A stretch of DNA of 63,021 bases, the filler included, from Octopus bimaculoides (lineage: Eukaryota), in the NCBI RefSeq assembly GCF_001194135.2. It is 3 parts of 3 records of this genome, joined end to end, with 100 filler letters (N's around TTAATTAATTAA, not from the genome) between each part and the next. Parts side by side here need not be neighbours in the genome. Positions count along the whole stretch, not along the records: positions 1 to 31,964 come from NC_068981.1; 2 more parts are not named here. One strand, written 5' to 3'. Under the pieces are notes generated by a model. It saw only the letters and a list, made by a program, of their open reading frames with translations. It did no database searches and was not told where the DNA came from. Within the stretch, counting starts at the first letter, position 1, and each line of letters starts with the position of its first letter. The position numbers and the translations under genes were made by a program. Of the stretch, positions 13,011 through 26,605 are shown in pieces.

Positions 13011-13306
13011 ACTTTTGGTGAAATCAATCAAGCAGTTAGTTTGCTTCTTTAATTTTTGGATATATTTCGCTGTAATTTCTAGAGCTTAAACGTAGAACAA
13101 AACGGTAATCATGAGCACAAACCATGAGCCAATATTCAGAAGAAGCAAACTATAAACTTATTCGCACGAATAAATTATATATAATTAAATAATGGCATTT
13201 ACCAACAATCAGCTATACAGAAGATACATAGAAAAAAAGCATAACAGTCACTCGCTAAGTGGTATAACTTAGTAGCTTTTTCTCTTCTTTTTGATAAATG
13301 ATTTAG

Positions 13307-13362
13307 ATATTCTCTCGACCCTCCTACACGTGACAAGCGAAACATCAACAATACGACAGCAG
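13307..13362 (+). CDS. Candidate 56-nt internal exon
   Basis: Pyrimidine tract tttttctcttcttttt...tttag and donor CAG|GTAAGA; two frames are open (ILSTLLHVTSETSTIRQQ or YSLDPPTRDKRNINNTTA). Confidence 0.3.
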
Positions 13363-13394
13363 GTAAGAGAGAGGACTCAATCATCACTCGGCAG

Positions 13395-13515
13395 GTACTC
13401 GTTCTAGATTGAGTAAACTGGCCAACATATACTTAAGTAACTTGCCCAAGGATAAAATGTGCTGCCCGCATGACCTTGTGAGCCCAACACCTTAACATTT
13501 ACTCACATGCCTTCA
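13395..13515 (-). mobile_element. Degenerate SINE with MIR/CORE-like motif
   Basis: ttaagtaacttgcccaagg is the reverse complement of the CCTTGGGCAAGTTACTTAA core motif. Confidence 0.5.
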
Positions 13516-14422
13516 CTATACATACATACATACATAAACATACATACATACATACGTACATCACATTTACCATGATAAAAACCAACTGTCCTTCTGGCGT
13601 GAATACTCCTTTGAAAATAAAAGAGAAATGGGGTAACTATGGACAGCCGTTTCGAAACTTCCAGTTTATAAATTCACATTTATATCGATACTATCTGGTG
13701 TAAATTCCTCTCTGAAAAATCTGGATAAGTTAGAATTTCCAGAAAAAAGGAAATCAACCAACTCGCACATTACAAATACAATCTGTAAGCGGAACAATAA
13801 TGTAAGACTTTTCTCAAGTTTAAAATGTGGCATTGTTTTAGCTATCTGCATTCCAACGATGGAGTTTTGTATCTTTGTCAGAAACTAGCACTTTCCTCCG
13901 AGGGAGAATTTAAATAATTTAAAAGCAGACGAGAATGCACACACACACACACACACACACACGCACGCACACACGCACGCACACGCACACACACACGTAA
14001 ACACTTACACAAACGCGCGCACACACTTACAAACTTACACACACATATTCGCATATATATTTGACACACAATCACTCACACAGATATATGTATTAATCAT
14101 TTTCAGCTTGTATCTTCTTGAGAAGTTTTATTATATAACTCACCAAAATATTTGTTTCTTTTCATTTTTTTTATACGCTGTTTTCTGTGTATATATTTTC
14201 GGTGGTCGTTGTATTGAAGCTCAGTTGATCATTGTCTACTTAAAGTCTTAAAGAAAAGTTAATTTCATATTTCATTCAAAATTCGATACACTATTCATAT
14301 ATACATACATCTACACATACATACACACACGCACGCACTCACACACATATGTATGTATGTTTGAACGTATGTGAGTATATGTATGTTTGTATATATGCAT
14401 ATATGTATGCATATGTATATAT

Positions 14423-14485
<63 letters not shown>

Positions 14486-14885
14486 CACTTATATTTAGTG
14501 TGGTTGTGTGTGTGTGTGTGTGTAAATATGCAGGTGTCATGCTACAAGCATGTGATTATTCTGACAACGTAAAACTTGTGTGCGCACATTTTTAAGATCT
14601 AGTGTTATAATTCAATATTTTAGCAATATTTAAGTATGTTTCGGAAGTGTATAGAGACGTCAGTTACTGAAAAAATAAAATATTGATGTATTTCTAATTT
14701 GTAAGATGTTTCCATTTCTGGATTTTATAAGATCTGTATAATAAGTGAGAATGAGAAAAAAATGATGAAGAGGTAACAGAAACATAAATACTTAGCCGGG
14801 AGATTCATAAAGTTTGTATTTCGTATTACGTTCGTTCCTGGAATAATACATCAAGTATGTAATGATCTATCTATCTATCTATCTA

Positions 14886-14963
<78 letters not shown>

Positions 14964-14998
14964 NNNNNNNNNNGAATATATACATATACATACAAACC

Positions 14999-15029
<31 letters not shown>

Positions 15030-15044
15030 GATATGTACATATGT

Positions 15045-15087
<43 letters not shown>

Positions 15088-15725
15088 CACACGCATACAG
15101 ATATCTATATAGGTACACCTAGGTAGTCGACATATGCAATATGTGTGTGTGCGTGAATGTGTATATATGTGGATATATGTGCGACAATTGTGTATGCGAA
15201 GACGCAAAATTAATTACAAGAAACACCGTATATACATTAGAAAATATTAATATGCCGAACAGAGAAGACCGACAAGACAAAGAACACGAAAGGAAAACAT
15301 ATAAGACAAACAAGAAAAGCTAAAATGTAACCTCAAATCCTCTCAAACATCCGGTTCTTTTCAAGAATAAATATACAAATTTACAAAAAAAATGGAAGGC
15401 TGCTGCAAGCTAAATATATATTATTTGAAACGGAAGGAAATTTAAAAAAAAAAAAAATGAAAAAAAAAAAATCAAAAACTCGTAATTGCTGTTATGAATC
15501 TATGGTTTTAATTTAGATACTAGGGAAAAAGTATAATAGAAAGTGCTTACGTATGTGGTTAGTTTGAAGAAAATATAACCTCCACTTCTACTAGTTGTCA
15601 AAACTTAATCACTTCATTATATCTCGTTAGACACGATAACTATCATATGAAGGATATTTTTGTAAAAGATATTTACCACCAAAGTTTAACAAAATATATA
15701 CGTATATATATACATGCTAACACAT

Positions 15726-15763
<38 letters not shown>

Positions 15764-15875
15764 ACACACACACACATGCACACACATATACACACACACA
15801 CATATATATATATATACAAAAAAGTTTGAGAGGTTTCACACGAGTAAATTTATATTTTCTCGTTTTTGTTTTGCT

Positions 15876-15920
<45 letters not shown>

Positions 15921-16639
15921 GGAGAAAGAAAGAGTGAGAGAGAGAGGTAAGGTGAAAGGAAGCAATTATATTATAAAACAAAATTACTTCTCCATGGGAT
16001 ACGCTTTTAGGCACAGACACTACAACAGACACAGATAACAAGCTTCAAAGTGATATACAATACAAATGAGACTTTTCAATTGAAAAGAAATGAGGCATAT
16101 ACAGAGATCAGAAGCATCTGTTTTATACAATTGTAGTATTGCTTTTTTGTATATGCTGAAATACGAAAAAAAGAGAAACAGTCTGATCAGAGTTGGTAAC
16201 CTTGACATAACAATAAGAAGGGTTATTAAAGTTCTTGTACACAGATACGCACAACCAACGCACACACACGACGCACACACACATACACACGTACATAAAC
16301 ATCTGACATAATACTATTAGTTTTCATATTTTCTCTATAATCTGTGCAAATGGAAGTCTCCAACGAAAAGCATATATACTTGACAAGCAAAATAATAGCA
16401 TAACAAGCAAAATGAAAATATAGATATAATATGTTAGTAGACGTCTTGAAGGAGAAAAGGTCTCCCTGTATTATCACAGTATTTGAACTGCAACTTCCAA
16501 ATCTATAACAATTTTATCATGTCTTAAGTTTGTCATGCCTCATTATATGACAAAATTCAATATACCGTAAAAGTACTTCCAGGTGATCACAATTCATCTG
16601 AGAAATGGGTGAAAGCTCCATGAATACCATAATACTGCA

Positions 16640-16649
16640 GCTGCAGTTC

Positions 16650-16704
<55 letters not shown>

Positions 16705-16720
16705 CACCACCACCACCACA

Positions 16721-16768
<48 letters not shown>

Positions 16769-16775
16769 GCTGCTT

Positions 16776-16820
<45 letters not shown>

Positions 16821-16835
16821 ACGACGACGACGACG
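16640..16835. repeat. Compound trinucleotide microsatellite (CTA/CCA/GCT/GAT/GAC)
   Basis: Direct reading. Confidence 0.95.
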
Positions 16836-17439
16836 GCGATGATAAAGGTGGGAAAGTGAATGCCACTTGCATTGTTGCTGCTGCTGCTGCAGATGGTGAG
16901 AGTTTCAACGATATTGCTATTTCAAATTCACACAAGATACCAAATTTCAGCGAGTTACATTAAACCAGCAAGAGCCGGATGTAGTGGTTAGAATTAAGAA
17001 GTTCGATTAGCATTCACGTAGCTGTGTTTTCGATCCCAATGCTTGACAACTTGGCCAAGTATTGCTCCCACATACAAAGAGTATTTTGAGAGTGGAACCT
17101 ACAATAAAAAGACTACGTGAAAGTTCAACGCATATACGTACATGCAAACATGCATACATACATACATGCATACATGCATACATACATACATAAATGCATG
17201 TTTGTGAGTCTGTATTTATATCCGGAAACGTTCTCTGTGGGACAAGCCCGTTGTAGATCAGGCTTCCAGCGGTAGAACTTACTTGAAGTGACCCTCACAA
17301 TCTAGTCTGTCGACCGGCGTCGTCGCGTGAGGTTGAACTGCCACGTAGTGCCTCTTTCTTTGACAGTGCTTGGCGCCCTGTTCGTGGATGTGTTCCTGGA
17401 TGTTCTCGCCCTGTTCGCATAGGATGTGATCAAATGAGG

Positions 17440-18110
17440 TTTACTTTTTTAAACATAAACCCCATGCGGCTCATGCACTTCTGCTTGAATACCACTGGTG
17501 AAGAGGTTTTTTAAATCTTTTTCATCAAAAATGCCATCAACAGCAAATATGACGTCAACATCAGTGCGACACTGGTTCCCAGCAAGTGTCTTTTTTTTTA
17601 TCTTGCGAGCAGATGAATGTCGGATGGGGCCAAGTCAGGAGAATAGGGAGATTGGTCAACTAGTTCAAAACCAGTCACTCACAGTGAAACCAACGACTTG
17701 TGTGCTGCAACACTGTCCGGATGAAACAAAACTCTTTTCGTTAGTTTTCCCGGGTGTTTGGACTTGATAGCTTTTGTAACTATCTCAGGAAGTTGGCATA
17801 GTACTCCCCATTGATGTTGTGCCCATTTTGAAGATACTCAATGAACACAATGCCTTTATACCCCCTCAAAAAACTGAGGCCATCATATCACCTTCCTTGC
17901 AGATGAGACAACATTGGCCTTCTTTGAAGTTGGTGGGGGAGGGGGTATTTCCATTGCATGGATTGTATCTTCGTCTCTGGCTCAAAGCGATATAGCCATC
18001 TCTTATCCTGGGTTACGGAATGTTCAAGGAAACCAACTGGATCTGCCTGAAACAATGTCAGATTTTCCCGTGATCCGTGTAACTTCTGTATATAGAAATT
18101 CGGTTGAACC
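17440..18110 (-). mobile_element. Mariner transposase pseudogene fragment
   Basis: Minus strand gives VTQDKRWLYRFEPETKIQSMQW, GIVFIEYLQNGHNINGEYYAN and SPYSPDLAPSD (about 17620-17650), with stops and frameshifts. Confidence 0.9.
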
Positions 18111-18439
18111 TAGTCGCTTTCACTGCTCATCTCTTCCTCGTGTTATGAGACGATAAATTTATTTACCTTCATTTCACATTATTCCTCGGTGAGCATAGTT
18201 TTTTCTGCACCTCAAGGAAAAGACTACAGGCCTGCACTCGCGCACACATACATTTCGATGTGTGTGCGTATGTGTGCGTGCGTGTGTGTTATTCTTACTT
18301 TCGCACTACTGCTGCTAATTGAGAGATCGGAGTGAAGAAGAGAGTATTTGTTAGTTTGGACTTGTCTGGAAAACTAGGAATCTCCCGAGTAGCAGGCACT
18401 GGACCGGCCTAAACAAACTATGCACACACACGTACACAA

Positions 18440-18600
18440 ACAACTGGTGTTCGTTTGATACGCCACCATTACGTTCGGTCATTACGAAGGAGAACGACAG
18501 CTTAAGTAAGTACTGGAGTAGATTTGATCCATTAACCATTTCAAAGCAGTGTCCCAGTATGACCGGAGTCAATTGACTGGGTAATTAAAATAATAAAAGA
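18440..18600 (+). mobile_element. SINE family B, degenerate 3' remnant
   Basis: caactggtgtt...agtactggagtagatttgatc...cagtgtcccagtatgacc...gactg tail. Confidence 0.5.
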
Positions 18601-18646
18601 ACAAAATAACTCTCAGATATGCCTCTCTTTCTCTCTCTGTGTATAT

Positions 18647-18692
<46 letters not shown>

Positions 18693-19024
18693 NNNNNNNN
18701 NNNNNNNNNNNNNNNNNNNNNNNNNNNNNNNNNNNNNNNNNNNNNNNNNNNNNNNNNNNNNNNNNNNNNNNNNNNNNNNNNNNNNNNNNNNNNNNNNNNN
18801 NNNNNNNNNNNNNNNNNNNNNNNNNNNNNNNNNNNNNNNNNNNNNNNNNNNNNNNNNNNNNNNNNNNNNNNNNNNNNNNNNNNNNNNNNNNNNNNNNNNN
18901 NNNNNNNNNNNNNNNNNNNNNNNNNNNNNNNNNNNNNNNNNNNNNNNNNNNNNNNNNNNNNNNNNNNNNNNNNNNNNNNNNNNNNNNNNNNNNNNNNNNN
19001 NNNNNNNNNNNNNNNNNNNNNNNN

Positions 19025-19071
<47 letters not shown>

Positions 19072-19495
19072 CCTCTCTCTCTCTCTCAGTTACTCACACA
19101 CATACGCACAGTGTTGCAGACAATTTTGTTTGTGTGTGTGCGAATGTATGTGGTTGTGCGTGTTTATAAACCTACAACTTTGTTGTAGCCAGAGATGGGT
19201 GGACCCACAAATTACTGATGCTTCACTACGCTAGAATGCAACAAGAGCACGATATTTGCCTCCGCTGAATTGCTGGTATGTTTCAGAATATGGCTAACCA
19301 TAACTAATTAGCAATGCAGTCAGGTCTTTTCCTAATTTTGTTCTTTTTTACACATGACTTCATAGAATATTTCGAAACCAAATGTCAATCATAAATATTA
19401 CAAGTGACAGTTTATAGATACAACCCTCTCTCTCTCTCTCCCTCTCTGTCCCTCTCTCAATTCCCAACAGTGAAAGCCAACATATGTTACGCACG

Positions 19496-19560
<65 letters not shown>

Positions 19561-19739
19561 TGTTTTGAGTCATTCATATAGCTGATTAAACATTATTTAG
19601 TGCATTGCTTAAAGTTTTCGGGATGCTTGGCTAGCGTGGCTTGCTAACGTAGAACGAACGAAACTAATAAAGCGTTGAGTTAGACGAAAGATTAAAAAGG
19701 AAAAGAAGAAAGATGATAAACACAGTCGTTGGTGTTAGC

Positions 19740-19802
<63 letters not shown>

Positions 19803-19845
19803 TGTTGTTGTTGTGGTGGTGATGGTGATGGTGGTGGTGGTGGCG
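19740..19845. repeat. (GTA)n/(GTT)n/(GGT)n microsatellite
   Basis: Direct reading. Confidence 0.95.
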
Positions 19846-20009
19846 GCGTATATATTGGCAATGGTTATAGTGGTGTTAAAGGAGGTGAAGGTAATGATGA
19901 TAACTATAACAACAATGATTATGATAACGTTTGACTTGGTACAAGTGTATTGTTTTTAATGAAATGATGGAATATAGTCGATGAAATACAATGTATTACA
20001 TTACAGCTT

Positions 20010-20225
20010 TTTGATTCACCAACAAGGAGCTGCTACGTGGTTACTTGATCTAAAAGAAGCAACAACCCGTTATACACAACCGTGTTAAATAAGGAAACGG
20101 CACTTTTTATAATGCAGCCCTACATATACCTACATATTCTTAAAACACAGAATAGTTGTCGTTAGGAAACATTTTGTTCATAGGTCTGCTGTATAGGTGT
20201 TGATATAACAGTAAACAACAAGAAC
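20010..20225 (+). mobile_element. SINE-like family D, degenerate 3' part
   Basis: Shares ttt..tcataggtctg and a (CAA)-like end with the 61560-61975 copies. Confidence 0.45.
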
Positions 20226-20420
20226 ACAATAGAAGTGAGAAAGTTTTTGAAATTTTCTAATACAATGTGACTCTCGTCTATGCTATTCTGATTTGTTTCA
20301 CCTCAAAGCTAGAGCAACAAAAACATAGGAAATAAACTCATCTCTTACTCTACTACCTCACTATATCTGTTTAAACACATAACATTTCTTGCGTAAATTT
20401 CTTTGATATCTCAAATTTAG

Positions 20421-20469
20421 CAAAATAACTCTTATAAAGACGAGGTTACGGCAGCAAATTATCAGAATG
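20421..20469 (+). CDS. Candidate 49-nt internal exon (QNNSYKDEVTAANYQN)
   Basis: Acceptor tttctttgatatctcaaatttag, donor ATG|GTAAGA, frame open; no homology recognised. Confidence 0.22.
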
Positions 20470-20779
20470 GTAAGAACTATGAACAAAATTCATTGCAGTA
20501 TTTGATCCGAATATCTGTGCTACTTGTTCAATTCACATGAAGATGACATTTGTTTTTCATCCTTTTGAAAACAATAAAATAAAATTCGAGTCCAATATGG
20601 AGGATTAGTAGAATTATTAGAGCGTTAGTTGATAGACCCTGTAATATTTGAACCGGTTCTGTGCTTTCTGAGATGTTGTGTATTAGACGTAATCTGCCAA
20701 TCTATTTAACAAAACCGACTGATCATTTGGTGTCTTTAGTGGAGTTCAATCCGTTGCAAGCATTCAGGATAAGTCTCCC

Positions 20780-21330
20780 GTTTGAGGATAACTTCTTTCT
20801 TCGTTCCAACTGTTTTAAAGTCCCTAAAGACATAAACTAGTTATGAGTACAGTCCTTCTCTCCGTGTCAGGATGGTAAGAAATACCTGAATATACTGTAT
20901 AGGCAGCTATTATCCTTTCTGAACACTTTAATTTTTTCTAGTTTGCAGGGATATACCTCAGTTTCTGGAAAAACAACCTCTCTGGCTACCATTAGCTCAC
21001 TTTACTACTCTCATTACCTCCTAAGCCACTTATATATCCCTCCCTCAATGAACTGGAACTTTACCGGAGTCTTGTTAGTAGTATCTTGCCTTTCAAAACT
21101 TCAGTGAAATCAGTATTGCGTCTCTTAATATCAGCAAAACCTTTGACAGTGTTATCATGAGAACCTTAAATATTATCTTTCATTATGTAGGCTCTACGTG
21201 TCTCTGATTTCTATGAATTGATCTATTAACAACGTACTTCGATGGGGTTCATTCCTACCCACACATGAGGTAATATTTCTAACGCTGTTTTTCTAGATAT
21301 TATATTGCTATCGTCTGTATCTTATAATAG
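20780..21330 (+). mobile_element. Highly decayed LINE RT fragment (CR1/Jockey-like group)
   Basis: IASLNISKTFDSV..HENL at about 21115-21170 matches the RT motif (V/I)xLDISKAFDxVxH. Confidence 0.55.
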
Positions 21331-23439
21331 TTTCACTCCTTTGAGCAAATGCGAGTTCCTATGTGATCACTGAATCTGCTAAATAAAAGAACATTTTGGA
21401 TTGGATGAGATGATCACAGACACAGCAACTCTAATCATAGTCTACTTAATCGCAATTAATCTAGATGCAAAACAACAATAATATTCTCTTCCATGTTGAT
21501 GACACACCCTTTACTTCTCTTTATTTTTTCCCGTCCATACACAACTTAGACGATTGAAATATATCAAAATAAAAATCTTTAGAGAACCAGTCTAAGATAT
21601 CGGTGTACAGAAAGTGTTCATTCTCACTCAAAGGTCACTGGACAAACCATTGATCTATAACATTACCCAAATTTTCCAGAGAAACACACCATCAATTCAA
21701 TCGACCATGGTTAATCGATATTGGAAAAAAATAAGAAAAAATCAACAAAATATAACCAAGCCAGAATTATAAGTCAAGAGAGATAACATGAAATGCAAGG
21801 AAAGAATCGCTAAACATTTTAGCGTTTCTGAGACACCACTGCCTTTGAAACACTGCCTTCGACGTTCACATTTCCTCTGTCGGAGTTCAACAAAATAATT
21901 AACTGCTATCAATATAATTAGTGCAATTGATTTCATCGAACACCCTTTCAACAAATGTCGTGACCATCATCAGTATTGTTTGTTAAAAAGGAAAGTTTCG
22001 GTCGACTATACCTCAAAGTGCAAATCTGTGGATTTCAGAAATATATCATTCTAAGTTACTTTGTGATATATGCACAGAGCAATACAAGTTCTATGTAAGA
22101 AGTTTCGGTGAATTATATTGAATTCGATTGCGTTTCTTGAGTGGTACGTGAAATGGAATTCTGCACGAACTTGGGGCACTGCATCATTAACTGACAAATA
22201 GCAACTTCCTCCCATCGCAATATTTTGGAGTTTGAAGCACTCTCGTCTTTATAAATTAGAAAAGGAAATAGGCTTTGCCCTTTTATTCGCTATGGTGTTG
22301 AACAACTTTGAAACATTGGAAACTATCTTAATTTTATTAAACATGGCAATTAGTTCAAACATTTTAAAATCCTCACCCACTCTTCTATTAGAAAAATTAT
22401 TCTAAGTTGGGTGGAAATTAAAATCAACTGAAAACATAAACGTCGTAATTGAATAACGCTTATGTCCATTGTAACTATCAAATACATCCTTCAGAGTATA
22501 CTATACGCTGGTCATATATCGATCATTACTTATATTTCATACATGAAAAGATTGGAGCAGAAGAGAAATTTCTAGCAACCTCGAAGTCATTTCATTTAGA
22601 CACCATTACTATAAACTTTAAAATACTTTTGCAAAATATATAACCAACCAAAACAGAAAGTAAAATGATAAATATCTAGCCATACATGTGCGTGTCTGTG
22701 TTCTGATTCTTAGTTAAGGTTTCCTTTAATTTAAGTTGCTTATGCGTTTACGAGGAATAACCCTGAGTGTCAAAAATACCACTCTACTTTTCTTTGAAAA
22801 TACGGTACCTCTTTTTCTAGTGACAACTTAAACAAAACTATTGTAACAATATAAAACTCTGCAATGTATAATCGCACTGTTTTCTTGCTTTGGGAATACA
22901 CGTTGTAAAATAGCTTCAGTTCCCAATGCAACCTTTTAATCTCCGTTACATTACTAATGACCCTGACAAAGTTAGGGTCATTGAAAAAAAAGAAATAAAA
23001 CGATCTCGTTATTATTTTTCAATAAATTTCTTACACGTATAATCAACTAATTATTATTGCAAGTTAAGTGTGGTATCAGTTTTTCGGGACACCCTAATCT
23101 TGGTGGTTATTTGCTCATTATATTAACGGTAATTTATGTGTTCATTTATCTGCTATCATTGTACACATACATATACATAAATGTGTATATAATGCATAGA
23201 CCGGTTATGATTATATTTTTTTAGATATAATGTATTATGTAGTGAGTTCATTGAAATACATTTTATTCTTAATTGCATTGCGCAGTATAGTTTTTGTCTC
23301 TTCATTACTTAGGTAGCAAACAAAGAAATTATCATCATCATAACACTCATTAACATTATTAATTACATGAAAGTAGATAACTCTAAAAAATTAGTCGCTT
23401 CAGTAGGTATGAAGAGTGTATAACCAAGGACGTGGTGAT

Positions 23440-23760
23440 TAACTAATTCATTTACGAAACGTAGTAAAATAGCCAGAAGCTATAAAAAATTCCACCATGA
23501 ATATGAAAGAAAATTCACTGGGAAACGTGCAATAAAAAATAATGACTAAGGCATAATTGATAAATGGTATGAGCATCAATCAGAAATAATAATGGAGAAT
23601 GCCCAAAGTAAAATTTGGTCTGACTTTGTTTTGCAAACAAATTATATTATTGAGGTACGAAGAGATGCTTTAGTAGTAATTAATAACTAGAAAAAATGGT
23701 ACATATCTATTAATTGAGTTTGTTATTTATTTTAACAATGTAATTTTCCCAGAGAAAACG
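23440..23760 (+). mobile_element. Old R4/Dong-clade endonuclease-region remnant
   Basis: DKWYEHQSEIIMENAQSKIWSDFVLQTNYIIEVRRDALVVI resembles WYEHxP..EN..KILWDFxIQTD..IEARRPDLVV. Confidence 0.7.
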
Positions 23761-24938
23761 CTCAGAAAAATATGTAGCGAGATATAACTTTGGAGATACA
23801 AACAGTACAGAATATTGATATATCTATGCTATCTATTTTAATTCGATCAGTGAAGGCATTAATACCAAAGTTCTTTCTGGAATAATATTTTGTTGTATCC
23901 CGAAACAAAGAAGGTGTTTTCTAATTCGACACAGCAAATGAGCAATTGAAAATGTTTTCGGCAAGCCACTGCTACTAAAATGTAGGCAGTGAGCAACGCA
24001 AATGACAAAATATATTGATAGAAAAAGATGGAGCTTTTTAGAAGACATTATAAAAACAGAAATGACAACTTTAAAGATGTTTTACTTGGCATTCCATTAA
24101 GCAATGATTTATTGGGGAGTTGCTGAGACCATGCTGTTATTTTGCTTTATAAACAGGGTGTGTGTAGGCTAACATTATCCAATGTATTTAATTGACATAG
24201 CCTTTAAGATTGGCATGATGAACGAATAAAATATTTGAATGTAATTTAATTCCATATGGTTTTATTTATAGTATATTAGTCTAGTTTGATTGTACAGATC
24301 TGTAAAAATTCAAGACAAGGTTTGTTGACAAGGTAATACATTTTGTGAAAATTGCTATGATAATTACTAATGTATAATGCTTTGAGGTAATGAAACGGCA
24401 GTGTTAGTGTAAAAGATTAAAGTATTTGCTGCACCGAAGTATTTCCCTACCGGGTAGGGTCAATAAGTACTATTCATATACAAAGTTTAATGTAATTTAC
24501 TACAGTTCTTTCTGTAATTTCTGAAAAAAAAGTAAAACAAAATCTGCGTATAACTTGTAGTAACATAACGTTTCGTTAACATGATGTTTAGTGTATATTT
24601 TAAGATTTTCTTTTTACCATCTATACATGGTCTTTACTTTCATCATTTTTGATGTTGGTGGACGAATATGGAATAATATTTGTTCTTTCACCAGATTTAC
24701 TTGAGAACTTGCACTGTATTAAACAAGCAGGAATCTTATACATGCATACATACATACATACATACACACATACATACATACATACATAATCCGGGCATTG
24801 GGATATGTAACGAACTGCCTCAACAAAAACCTGGAAAATTAGGGTTCTCAAAACCCGAAAGAAAAAGGCTGATTATAAGACTACAGATTCAAGCCATCAA
24901 TGGAACTGTAAAGATATGTAAAACTTTCCAAACATTTA

Positions 24939-25104
24939 GCACATAAATACATATGCATGCATCTAGACATGAAAATATATACATAAAAACGTATTCATAA
25001 AACAAACATACAAATTTGCGCATAAATGCATATGCGTACGCCTAGACATGAAAATATATACATAAAAACGCATCCATAAAACAAACATACAAATCTGCGC
25101 ATAC
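24939..25104 (+). repeat. 79-bp tandem duplication
   Basis: ctagacatgaaaatatatacataaaaacg...aaacaaacatacaaat occurs twice. Confidence 0.9.
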
Positions 25105-25904
25105 ACTAACACCAAATACTGCACACACACACACACATATGCACAAATACCTAGATGATATTGATAAAGTTCCAATGAAGGAGCCTTGAATCTATGTTAG
25201 AGTCCGGCTCTTTCTCTATTGACAAGAAATACAGAAATGAAACTGATTGATAACATACATACATACATACATACATACATACATACATACACATCACTCA
25301 GAAAAATATATACTTACTAGATGTATTGTTTTGCAAATGTAAACTATCGAAATATAAGGTGTGTTGTTGGTAGGAAGTAATACAGAAAATGTCTTCCTAA
25401 ACAAAACAAGAAGTGCTGCAAAAATAAGAATGAATATCTGAAATGCTTCATGTTGGAGTTGAATTTCTTTTAAGAAACAACATTCTCATCAACGAAAGCA
25501 TGAGATTAATAACCTAAAGTATGCAAATTGAATATTGCCTTCAATGTTTAACTTGAATCATACTATGTTACATTATTGTGATGAATCTGTCATGAGTTTA
25601 TAAAGTTTGTGCGACGGAAAATATAAGTATATAATATTAGTATATTGATAGAAAATGAAATTATTATCATGGAATTTGAGTAGAAAACCCAAGAAAAGAA
25701 CACTGAGCGTAGGTTGAAAAAAGCGATAGAAAATCGGTTCACTTCTCTGCTGTCATTCTGTCAACCCCTCCTGGGCGTTGCACTAACCTTTGTTCCAGCC
25801 ATTCCTTCTCTGGACTTCAACCTTTTGGAATTCTCGTCATGCACCTACTTTTTCCCACAAACATCGATGTCCAGACCAGTCTGTTGGCGAACGCAGCGCT
25901 TCAA

Positions 25905-26190
25905 TGTGTATTGAACAAAAGACATGACAAATGATGAAGTGATGATGAATATAACCCAGGCTATTGGGCCACACAAGAATCTGATGACGATTGTGAAGAT
26001 AAGGAAATTGAAATGGTACGGCCATGTCAAAGAAGTTCTTGCCTTGTAAAAACAATCGTGCAAGGCATAGTGGAAGGCGGACGAAAGTAAGGAAGGCCAA
26101 GGAAAAGATGGGCTTGTAGCATCAAATTTCGCCGACTCATACAGAACAACAGAAGACAGAGAAGTTGAGGAATCTGGTTGCAACGTCATT
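25905..26190 (+). mobile_element. RTE LINE 3' fragment
   Basis: TNDEVMMNITQAIGPHKNLMTIVKIRKLKWYGHV, then after a frameshift IVQGIVEGGRK*GRPRKRW. Confidence 0.85.
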
Positions 26191-26475
26191 GACGTAGAGA
26201 TGTTCAAACGGCAAGAGGTAGCCTTCTCAGACCAATCTTGCGAGACAGTTGGGGGCGTGGATGCAAAAACACAGTAACATTTCCTTCCTCCTGATTCAAA
26301 ACAAAATAAGCAGATGGAGTAATTTTCAATAATATGAAAGTCATTATGGAAATGAAACTTTTAACAATTAAATATAGAGATGTGAAATGTAGGTTTAAGA
26401 AATGATCATTTCGTATATAAGCACAAAGTGATAAATATTTGTGGTTTGTATAATTTGTTCAAATCTACACAATAT

Positions 26476-26605
26476 TTTACTGGTACTTTTATTGAACCCT
26501 GAAAGGTAAAAATCAAAGCCGACGTCGGTGGTGTTGGAACTTCTGGAAATAAAGTGGCCAAATGAATACCACACGGCCTTTTATCAACTGAGTCTGCCAG
26601 GGATA
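26476..26605 (-). mobile_element. SINE family A, degenerate
   Basis: tactggtacttttattgaaccctgaaagg...caaagccgacgtcggtgg matches the reverse complement of family A. Confidence 0.55.

Noticed and set aside
21955-22005. Minus-strand GACC-GAAAC ... CTGATGA-T-GGTC (permuted hammerhead halves)
   Set aside because: No stem III, cleavage triplet or stem I lies between the halves.
22956-22982. Hairpin aatgaccctgac-aaa-gttagggtcatt
   Set aside because: An isolated 12-bp stem with no supporting context; it does not fit the hammerhead core geometry.
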